Under the pieces are notes generated by a model that was not told the origin of the DNA, made no database searches, and was given only the letters and a program-made list of their open reading frames with translations. Below are positions 1 to 7,272 of a stretch of 25,487 nucleotides of DNA, piece by piece. Source of the stretch: Thermoplasmata archaeon (lineage in GTDB: Archaea > Thermoplasmatota > Thermoplasmata > RBG-16-68-12 > JAJISG01); NCBI GenBank assembly GCA_046756285.1, contig JBHHWA010000001.1:1-25487 (forward strand). Direction: 5' to 3'. Both the position numbers and the translations under genes were made by a program. Each line of letters starts with the position of its first letter. Within the stretch, counting starts at the first letter, position 1.

Positions 1-680
1 AGGTAGAGGGTCTCCAGGAGAGACAGCTGCAGGCGTTCCCCCAGCATCTTCCCGTAGAAGCCGGCCTCGTACAGCGCGTGGGCACTCTCGGCGTCCACGA
101 CAAGGGACCGGTCATTGAGGAACAGCGCCTCGGCCTTGATCCCCGACAGGTCGTCTTGCATGTGGCCGCGAGGCGAGGCCTTGGAGACGCGGTAGTAGGT
201 GATGTCGCTCTCCTCATCCACGACGGCCAGGAGGAGCTCCTTGCGGACCCGGGCCACTCGACCCAGGTGCGCCTGGAGTTCCTCCAGGTCGAACAGGCTC
301 CGCTCCGAGAGGGCGAGGACCCAGTAGCGCGTGGGGGCCTTATCCGGCCCCGCCCCCCGGGGGAAGACGCGAAAGTCCAAGGGGGGCACGCCCGCCTTGA
401 CCACGTACCCCCGCTGTCGGAGGTCCCGGTACACGAGATACCGGATCTCGAAGTTCGGGAGGACGGCATCCCCCTGTCGGAAGAGGTTCTGGGGCCCCAG
501 CTTTCGGCCCGCCCGGGTGACCTCGAGCTTCCCCGTCTCGCTGAGGTAGGCTGCCTCCACGAGGTCGAGTTCCACGCCCCCACCCGGGAGGGGGTTTCCG
601 AAGTAGCCGCGGTTGTACAGGCGGCTGCCGTCGGCTTCGTCGGCCACGAGGACCTTCCCTTCGAGGAGTCGCCCAGGCAT
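1..680 (-). CDS. endA: tRNA-intron endonuclease, homodimeric two-unit (alpha2) type; 3' end runs off the window
   Basis: Hand translation from ATG at 680 (absent from the ORF track because the window has no stop for it): MPGRLLEGKVLVADEADGSRLYNRGYFGNP...LDLVEAAYL...YLVYRDLRQRGYVVK...DFRVFPRG...LLLAVVDEESDITYY, then a second unit starting ...LYEAGFYGKMLGERLQLSLLETLY. TTTATA box 25-30 nt upstream. Confidence 0.93.
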   Translation of the reverse strand, partial: MPGRLLEGKVLVADEADGSRLYNRGYFGNPLPGGGVELDLVEAAYLSETGKLEVTRAGRKLGPQNLFRQGDAVLPNFEIRYLVYRDLRQRGYVVKAGVPPLDFRVFPRGAGPDKAPTRYWVLALSERSLFDLEELQAHLGRVARVRKELLLAVVDEESDITYYRVSKASPRGHMQDDLSGIKAEALFLNDRSLVVDAESAHALYEAGFYGKMLGERLQLSLLETLY

Positions 681-704
681 GCGTGTTCGAGAAGGTGGTT
701 GAAG

Positions 705-710
705 TATAAA
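705..710 (-). promoter_or_regulatory. TATA box (TTTATA) of endA, probably a leaderless transcript
   Basis: AT-rich hexamer 25-30 nt upstream of ATG680 in a GC-rich context; endA, the HTH gene, DP1, S26 and valS all show similar spacing. Confidence 0.6.
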
Positions 711-788
711 CGGTGCCCGAGGGCCTCGACTGAGGTCTGCGAACCGGTTGGATCGCCGGCTCCCACTCCCGAACGTGGGAATGGCTGG

Positions 789-819
789 CGATAATCTCAG
801 ACCAACGTTTAATAGCGCT
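789..819 (+). promoter_or_regulatory. Promoter of pilin/FG-GAP paralog 1 with conserved upstream box CGATAATC and TATA-like TTTAATA
   Basis: CGATAATC-TCAGACC-AACG-T-TTAA-TAGC-GCT aligns without gaps to the promoters of paralogs 2 and 3. Confidence 0.65.
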
Positions 820-830
820 AAAATGCCCAA

Positions 831-3800
831 ATGGCCAGGCTCTCAGATGGGGGGCGTCGCACGCTGCAGAGACGAAAGCTGGGCCATTCCGGGGTCGCGG
901 AGGTCCTCGGGACCATCCTGGTCCTGCTGATCACCGTCATCATCTTCTCGAGCATCGTGCTCTGGGTCTTCACCCTTCCCGCGCCCAGGGCGGGGGTCAA
1001 CGTCTCCTTCAGTGGGTTCCTATCCGGCAGCTACGTGGGCGGGATTTGGAACGGGGCTGATGTTCAGCTCAACCACTTGGGAGGCCAAGACCTTCACGAG
1101 GGGAGCACGGGAGTATACCTAACGATTGACAACACGACGGAGGTCCTGAAGACGCAGGGCACCTTCTTCGACGGAGTCAGTGTCAAGGAATACGGAGTGA
1201 AGGGGCCCGATGCCACGTGGAACGTCGGAGAGACGTGGACATACCTGAACGAGAGCATCCCCCAGGATGCGAATGTCTCCGTTATGGTCGTGGACCTCGA
1301 ACGGGGCCTACTCCTCTGGCGGAAACCGCTCCTCGGAGCCCCGGGCACGCTGGCCCCCATCTTCCTCGACAAGTGGGTGGACTCTGCCCCGGCGACGGCC
1401 ACGAGGGACCCCGTAACGCCTGACGACAGGTTCACAATCTTCGCCAAAGTGACCGATCCCGACGCAGATCTCAGCCCCGAATCCGTCTGGGGCTACCTGA
1501 CCTTCGGAATCGGCGGCACGCCCCTCGGGTACGTCCAGTTGCGAGATGACGGGAACCCCTTGGTTGGAGACCTCATCGCCGGCGATGGGGTCTACACCCG
1601 TACGCTGAGTTACCAGGCCCAGAAAAAGTGGGACGGGGGCATCATCATCCTCAACGCGACCGACGACGGAGGACGAGGGACCCAGACTAGGCTCATCCTG
1701 AAGGTTCTGGACACGGGAACCTCCACGCAGGTCGGCGGTCCCGGCTCGCTCGGTTTTGGCTCTGCTACCCAGCGATACGAGATCTTCGAGGAGAGCGATT
1801 GGGATTCGCTCCGCTGGGAGGCCACGGCGACCCGGAGCTTCACGAAAGGCCAAGGCGTGGTGGTGGTCGTAGCCACGAAGAAGATCGTCAGCCCAGACTT
1901 GCGCAACACTTTCCTGCTGTGGGATCCCTCTAACAATCGGGAGGTCGTGTATAGCGACCCCCCCTACACGAACCCCGTTACAGGAAGTTCCGTTCCCTCC
2001 ACGACGGACGCCTTTGTGCTGGCGGAATTCGTCAGCGGTTTCTACGTCTACGAGTACCGTTTCACCACTACAAGCGCGGCCCACGGGTTCGACGGATTCC
2101 AGTTGCAATTCGGACACTATCCCCTCGAGTTCGAGTTGATCACAAGCCAGACCCCTGCTCCGGAAAACAGGCTCTACGTGACCGATGCCATCCAGGTGAC
2201 CGATGCCGCCGGCGGAAGCCCCGACTACCCGAGGGTGGAGACCTATGAGGACGCGGCCCACACGATCTCCGCGACGGCCTTCAACTTCACCGAGACGATG
2301 TACGTGAAGGTGTTCGTAGGGAGCACCGATGGAAGCTTTGACGTCGGAAACGTCGTCATATCCGACTTCTTTGGGAACCTTCCCATCTGGGCATCCCCGG
2401 GGACCACCCCAGTGAGCGTCGCCCTCATCAATGACACCATCAGCTACGCCTTCTCCGTGGATCTCTCCAAACCCAACCTGGATCCCTGGAACTTTGGGAC
2501 GGTCTCCTACAACCTGGCTGTTATGAATGTCCAGGACGCAGACGAGAACTATGGCCGGGTCTGGGGACAGATTCAGGTCACCGGTCCGCGCTGGAAATTG
2601 GACATCGCAATGGGCCTCTTTTCGACCGCACAACAGAACTTTGACCTGGCAATCTACGGGGACTTCTTCGACAACGTGGAAGGCTGGACCGAGTATCCCT
2701 ACGAGACCTTCCTCGCATCCCCGGGGAGGAAGGCGCCAGACAACCCTATCACATCGCAGGTATTGGGCGACCTCGACGGGGACGGTGACCTCGACATTCT
2801 CTCAGGGACGAAGAACGGCGAGGTCTGGTGGTATCGGAACCGAGATGGGAAGGCCCACTCTCTGAGTCGCACTGTCATCGACACACTCACATCGACTGTA
2901 AGCGGGGCCGCCGTCGGGCACGTCGACGCGGACACTGATCTGGATGCGGCGGTGGGGACCACCACGGGAGACGTATGGTGGTACCGGAACGACGGGTCCT
3001 GGTCTCCCAACTTCGTGGACAACACGGGGGCCGGGGTCTCCGCCCTGCAGCTAGCCGATGTCAATGGAGACGGCGCCGCGGACCTGATTGTCGGCCTCGA
3101 CGCGGGACCGAACAGCGTGCGGGTTTACCTCAACAACGGAGGGGGCGTGTTCGGGACGGTGACGACCACGGAGACCCTCATGAACGCCGACGTGTTGACC
3201 CCGGGCCACGGAACCGTGGGCGGGTCCTTCCTGCTCACAACCGCCAGCGACAACTTGTACCAGCAGGTGGAAGAGGTGGGCTCGGACGGCTTCGTAGCCG
3301 CATTCGAGGCGGCCGGACTGGCCTCGACGGTCCAAGGGACCTTCCTCGACACCTACGCGGCCGATGGCGTCGTTGAAGTCCTCACCGAGGGGGAGGCCCT
3401 TCCGCGGTACACCCTGGGCTTCCCCGGCCATCGCTACCTGTTCCCCAACATGACCGCGACCGCCTCTGAATCCTTCGAGATCCACTTCGTCGGCCACGTC
3501 AGCTCTGGCTCCGAGCCCTTCGCGGTCGGTTGGTCAAAGGACGGGCTTACCGTCGACTGGCTGAGCGGGTTGATTACCGGGCTGACACCGGGGGAGTACA
3601 TCTGGCGTCTCTCCGGAGTGGACTGGAGTGACGAAACCCTCTTTCTTCACATCATGGACGTCGACGATAGCCCGACCGATCGCAACACCGACGAGCAGCT
3701 CACGAGTCTCTCCGTCGACCTACTCTACATCTTGCAACCCGAGAGCGGCAGCATCAGCAGCCTCGCGAAGGTGTGGAGGTCGTCCACCATCCCGGGGGGG

Positions 3801-4619
3801 AAGGACGCCTACAAGTTCTTCGCGGAGGCGCATCACACCTTCAACGCCGAGAACGACCACCTCCTGCTCCAGGTCGCGGCCGCCCCCCACGGTCCCTACT
3901 ACGGCCTCCTCGTCGTCACGAAGACCACCGATGACGATGGCACCCAGAGCGTGTCCCTTCCCACCGACATCGGCGGCCTCTCCCTCTACATCCTCGCCCA
4001 GGATACGGATCGGAGGTTCGGTGCGACCGTGCTCGACACGTTCTGGTTCGACCACCTGTACTTCAAGTCCTACGAGGCAATCCCCGCCTACTGGCCCATC
4101 GGCGTGGGCGCCCCCACCCAGGGTCTCACCGTGGCGGACATCGACGGGGATGGACACCAGGACATCGTCGTCGCCACGCCGGGTACGGCCCTCCACGTCT
4201 ACTACGGCGACGGGACGGGGAAGGCCTGGCCCTCCAGTGACACGCTAACCGCTACTGGAGCCCTGCTCACGGTGGACGTCGGACTCGTGTCCGCCGACTT
4301 GGCACTCGATATCGTCGTCGGAACCGGTGATACCAAGATACTGCTCTTCACGAACGGCGGTTCCCGAGGGTCTTGGTTCCTCTCCACGATCTCCTCCCTG
4401 TCGACCACCACTACCTCGACGCTCCGCGTGGGGGATGTCGACGGGGACAATTGGGATGACGTCATCTTTGGGACGGAGAACGGCTTCCTGGTGTACCTTC
4501 GAAACGATCAGGGCACCGGCTGGAGGACGACCATCGTCATCCAGATGAACGACCGGATTGACGTGATCGACATCGGGGATGCCGACAGGGGCGTCCTGAT
4601 TCGACCCCATCCTTACTGA
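831..4619 (+). CDS. Giant type IV pilin-like surface protein, paralog 1: class III signal peptide/archaeal pilin N-terminus, stalk, FG-GAP beta-propeller with inserted nested domains (1262 aa)
   Basis: HSG|VAEVLGTILVLLITVIIFSSIVLWV pilin-type N-terminus (DUF1628-like); LRDDGNPLVGDLIAGDGVY motif; six FG-GAP repeats (e.g. LGDLDGDGDLDIL, LADVNGDGAADLIVG, VADIDGDGHQDIVVA, VGDVDGDNWDDVIFG) plus a C-terminal half repeat IGDADRG; many N-x-S/T sequons. Start uncertain (ATG831 or ACG861). Confidence 0.88.
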   Translation: MARLSDGGRRTLQRRKLGHSGVAEVLGTILVLLITVIIFSSIVLWVFTLPAPRAGVNVSFSGFLSGSYVGGIWNGADVQLNHLGGQDLHEGSTGVYLTIDNTTEVLKTQGTFFDGVSVKEYGVKGPDATWNVGETWTYLNESIPQDANVSVMVVDLERGLLLWRKPLLGAPGTLAPIFLDKWVDSAPATATRDPVTPDDRFTIFAKVTDPDADLSPESVWGYLTFGIGGTPLGYVQLRDDGNPLVGDLIAGDGVYTRTLSYQAQKKWDGGIIILNATDDGGRGTQTRLILKVLDTGTSTQVGGPGSLGFGSATQRYEIFEESDWDSLRWEATATRSFTKGQGVVVVVATKKIVSPDLRNTFLLWDPSNNREVVYSDPPYTNPVTGSSVPSTTDAFVLAEFVSGFYVYEYRFTTTSAAHGFDGFQLQFGHYPLEFELITSQTPAPENRLYVTDAIQVTDAAGGSPDYPRVETYEDAAHTISATAFNFTETMYVKVFVGSTDGSFDVGNVVISDFFGNLPIWASPGTTPVSVALINDTISYAFSVDLSKPNLDPWNFGTVSYNLAVMNVQDADENYGRVWGQIQVTGPRWKLDIAMGLFSTAQQNFDLAIYGDFFDNVEGWTEYPYETFLASPGRKAPDNPITSQVLGDLDGDGDLDILSGTKNGEVWWYRNRDGKAHSLSRTVIDTLTSTVSGAAVGHVDADTDLDAAVGTTTGDVWWYRNDGSWSPNFVDNTGAGVSALQLADVNGDGAADLIVGLDAGPNSVRVYLNNGGGVFGTVTTTETLMNADVLTPGHGTVGGSFLLTTASDNLYQQVEEVGSDGFVAAFEAAGLASTVQGTFLDTYAADGVVEVLTEGEALPRYTLGFPGHRYLFPNMTATASESFEIHFVGHVSSGSEPFAVGWSKDGLTVDWLSGLITGLTPGEYIWRLSGVDWSDETLFLHIMDVDDSPTDRNTDEQLTSLSVDLLYILQPESGSISSLAKVWRSSTIPGGKDAYKFFAEAHHTFNAENDHLLLQVAAAPHGPYYGLLVVTKTTDDDGTQSVSLPTDIGGLSLYILAQDTDRRFGATVLDTFWFDHLYFKSYEAIPAYWPIGVGAPTQGLTVADIDGDGHQDIVVATPGTALHVYYGDGTGKAWPSSDTLTATGALLTVDVGLVSADLALDIVVGTGDTKILLFTNGGSRGSWFLSTISSLSTTTTSTLRVGDVDGDNWDDVIFGTENGFLVYLRNDQGTGWRTTIVIQMNDRIDVIDIGDADRGVLIRPHPY

Positions 4620-4629
4620 GGCCATTGCA

Positions 4630-4650
4630 CCCTCCTCAGGGAGGGGTTTC
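4630..4650 (+). terminator. Possible terminator hairpin after paralog 1
   Basis: CCCTCC-TCAG-GGAGGG (6-bp stem) followed by GTTTC, 11 nt after the stop; weak evidence in GC-rich DNA. Confidence 0.25.
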
Positions 4651-4689
4651 TGCCGAGCCTCGGCGGGTGGCTGATACGGCCCTGGTTCC

Positions 4690-4697
4690 TTTATATA
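4690..4697 (+). promoter_or_regulatory. TATA box (TTTATATA) of the HTH regulator gene
   Basis: Begins 30 nt upstream of GTG4720. Confidence 0.6.
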
Positions 4698-4719
4698 GAA
4701 GGTTATTTATAGTCAAGAT

Positions 4720-5658
4720 GTGGACCGGGCCCAGCTTCTGATGGAGGCGCGCGATCTTCTCGCGCACACCGGCTTCTTCGTCAGCGAGCAACATTGGAGC
4801 CGGGGCCTGAGCTTCGACCTCGCCGCCCGTCGCGACGATGTGCTCCTGTTGGTCAAGGTCCTCCTCAATGTGGACGCCCTGAGCCGGGAGGCGGCCCGGG
4901 AGCTGAAGGCCATCGCCTACAGCCTCGACGCCGCCACCCTTCTCGTGGGCCTGAAGAGCAGCAGCGGGGCCCTCGAACAGGGCGTTGTCTACTCGCGCTT
5001 CGGCATCCCGATCGCCACCCCCAAGACGCTCCAGGAGTTCCTGGAGGAGGGCGTCCCTCCCTTCATCTTCTCGGCTCCTGGCGGTCTCTACGTTCGCCTC
5101 AACTCCGACGTCCTGCGTCGGGTCCGGGAGGAGGTGGGCATCTCCCTGGGGCAGATGGCCGAGGTGGCCCATGTCTCCCGACGCACGATTCAGATGTACC
5201 TGGACGGCATGAGCGCCACGGTCGAAGCGGCGTCCCGCCTGGAGGAGTTCCTCAACGAGCCCCTCGTGCTTCCCCTGGACCCCTTCGGCTCGCCGGACGA
5301 GGCGGCCGGCCGATCCCGCCGTCCCTCGCCCGCAAAGGACTTTCACGGGATGATCCGAGGTCTTCTCACCAAGTTGGGGTACGACGTCTTCCTCACCCAG
5401 CGATCCCCCTTCGACGCCATCACGAAGGACGAGGCGATTCTCTTCCTCGCTGGGATGGATAGGCAGGAGCGTGCCCTTCGTCGGAAGGCGGAGGTCGTGG
5501 CCAACCTGTCCAAGGTGGTGGAGAAGGAACCCATCATCTTCGTGTCCCGGCGGGAGAAGATCAGCCTGCGCGGGGTTCCCATCATCGACGCCTTAGAGCT
5601 CCGCAAATTGCGGGAGCGGGGGGAGATGGTGGAGCTCGTCGAGGAACGAAAGGAGTAG
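4720..5658 (+). CDS. Conserved archaeal Cro/C1-type HTH transcriptional regulator (COG1395/PRK04140-like)
   Basis: SFDLAARRDDVLLLVKVLLNVD N-terminus, GVVYSRFGIP, GGLYVRL, HTH region LRRVREEVGISLGQMAEVAHVSRRTIQMY, then RSPFDAI. This pattern is typical of the family. Confidence 0.88.
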   Translation: MDRAQLLMEARDLLAHTGFFVSEQHWSRGLSFDLAARRDDVLLLVKVLLNVDALSREAARELKAIAYSLDAATLLVGLKSSSGALEQGVVYSRFGIPIATPKTLQEFLEEGVPPFIFSAPGGLYVRLNSDVLRRVREEVGISLGQMAEVAHVSRRTIQMYLDGMSATVEAASRLEEFLNEPLVLPLDPFGSPDEAAGRSRRPSPAKDFHGMIRGLLTKLGYDVFLTQRSPFDAITKDEAILFLAGMDRQERALRRKAEVVANLSKVVEKEPIIFVSRREKISLRGVPIIDALELRKLRERGEMVELVEERKE

Positions 5659-5661
5659 ACC

Positions 5662-6732
5662 TCAGCGGGGGCCCGAGGCGACCTTCGACCTGCGCTTCGC
5701 GGCGGAGGCCTTGGGCCGTCTCCCCTTCTTCCCTCCCTTGGGCGGTTGTCTCTTCCTCGGACTCACCACCTTCTTCTTGGGACTGACCGCCTTCTTCTTC
5801 GGCGTCGCGGTCCTCTTCTTGGGAATCGCTGCCTTCTTGAACACGAAGTAGAGCCGAGACGGTTGCTCCCCGCGACCACGAAGGGCCAAGGCACGAATGT
5901 GACAGTACACCTTCGTCCCGCTGGCCTTCGTGAAGAAGGCCTTCAACCCCTCCGACATCTCTCCGTTCACGAGGGGCTTCTTGCCCACGAAGTCCATCTC
6001 CGCGAGCAGACGACCACGGTCATCCTTGGCCTTCAGGACCCGGGCCCAGGGCTTCCCATGGAGCTGGTCCTCCTTCCACCCGAGGAACTTCGCGCTCGGT
6101 GGAGACAGCCCGCGGACCCGCATTTCGCCGTCCACCTTGATGGCCGCGTCGGCAAGGCTCTCCGCCAGGTCCTCCAACTTTCGAAAGGCGCGATGGGACT
6201 CATCCTGGAGCCGTGCGTTCTCCACGGCCGTGGCCATCTGGTTGCCGATGCCACTGACCACGTTGATTTCCTTGCTGGTGAAGTAGTGGCGGGACGTGGT
6301 GCTATCCAGGGTCATCAGCCCGACGGCCTTCCCCTTGTACACCAGGGGGACGATCAGCATGGACTTGAGTTGCCAGGCTCGGATAATCTTCTGGGGAAGG
6401 AGGTCCTCCTGGGGCAGGTCCCGGACGACGGAGGGGAGCTTCTGGGTGATCACCTTGTTCACGAGTTTGGGGACCTCGGCGTGGCTGAGCTGGCGGTCCA
6501 TGAGGACCTGGGCAAAGGCGTCCCGCGGGCAGTAGGCCACCGCCGGGATCAGGAGCTGATTCCGGGGATCGTCGAGGAAAACCGCGGCCCGGTCCACCTT
6601 CACGAGCTGCGGGGAGATGCGCACGACCGTCCGAAGCACCTCCGAGAGATCGGAGAGGTTGCTCACCATCTCCGAGACGCCGATGAGGGCCGCCAGAATT
6701 TGGGTCTCACCCAGATTCCTCTCGTCGAACAT
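5662..6732 (-). CDS. GAF + PAS-like sensor protein with a Lys/Arg-rich (S/T)PKK-repeat C-terminal tail and no kinase domain
   Basis: GAF: DLSEVLRTVV...VDRAAVFL...KSMLIVPLVYKGKAVGLMTLDS...QMATAVENARL. PAS-like: LAESLADAAIKVDGEMRV...FLGWKEDQLHGKP. The last 58 aa contain 25 K/R and no D/E. Confidence 0.85.
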   Translation of the reverse strand: MFDERNLGETQILAALIGVSEMVSNLSDLSEVLRTVVRISPQLVKVDRAAVFLDDPRNQLLIPAVAYCPRDAFAQVLMDRQLSHAEVPKLVNKVITQKLPSVVRDLPQEDLLPQKIIRAWQLKSMLIVPLVYKGKAVGLMTLDSTTSRHYFTSKEINVVSGIGNQMATAVENARLQDESHRAFRKLEDLAESLADAAIKVDGEMRVRGLSPPSAKFLGWKEDQLHGKPWARVLKAKDDRGRLLAEMDFVGKKPLVNGEMSEGLKAFFTKASGTKVYCHIRALALRGRGEQPSRLYFVFKKAAIPKKRTATPKKKAVSPKKKVVSPRKRQPPKGGKKGRRPKASAAKRRSKVASGPR

Positions 6733-6876
6733 GGGGACGGCGAATTATGCCTGGCCGCTGCGCAAAAAGCTTTCGTGGTGGTTATCAGGTGTGGCCAAGG
6801 GCCCCGCCATCTTCTCCAACCCACACGCTCGCCGACAGGAAAACCCTTTACAGATTGCCGGCTAGGCTCGAGGGCC

Positions 6877-7176
6877 ATGGACGCCGTGTTTCTGTTCCCG
6901 AAGGAGGCCGCCTCGCGAAGTCGCGAGATCTTGGAGGACGACCTCATCAGCCGTCAGAGCGTGACGTTGCGCGATGCGCGCTCCTTGGGCATGGAACGGG
7001 ACGGGACCCTCGTGTTCATCCAGGGGGACGCGGCGGCCATCGAACGTTTTGAGACCCTCGCGGAAGAGGCCGCAGAGCGGCTGGCGGAGGACGAGGCCGC
7101 GCCGCTGACGGCCCGCCTTCGGAAGGAGGAGGAGGACGCCGCGGAGGGGGTGGGCCTCCTCTTCGGGGGAACGTAG
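6877..7176 (+). CDS. Small acidic archaeal hypothetical protein (99 aa)
   Basis: 3' part of the 5746-7176 ORF from ATG6877: MDAVFLF...DDLISRQSVTLRDARSLG...EEEDAAEGVGLLFGG. TTTACA about 30 nt upstream; divergent from the GAF gene. Resembles a short conserved archaeal family (recognition only, family not named). Confidence 0.75.
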   Translation: MDAVFLFPKEAASRSREILEDDLISRQSVTLRDARSLGMERDGTLVFIQGDAAAIERFETLAEEAAERLAEDEAAPLTARLRKEEEDAAEGVGLLFGGT

Positions 7177-7272
7177 TCGCGAGTCCGTACCTGGCCTCGA
7201 AACCTCCTCCCGTTCTCAGGCCTGAATCCCTGGATGTACCCCTTTTTATCGGAGGACCTCCTGGGAATTGCC

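Noticed and set aside
4652-4664. GCCGAG-C-CTCGGC inverted repeat upstream of the HTH gene, and TCCCAC/GTGGGA at 761-780
   Set aside because: Short GC-rich inverted repeats, expected by chance and not repeated elsewhere.
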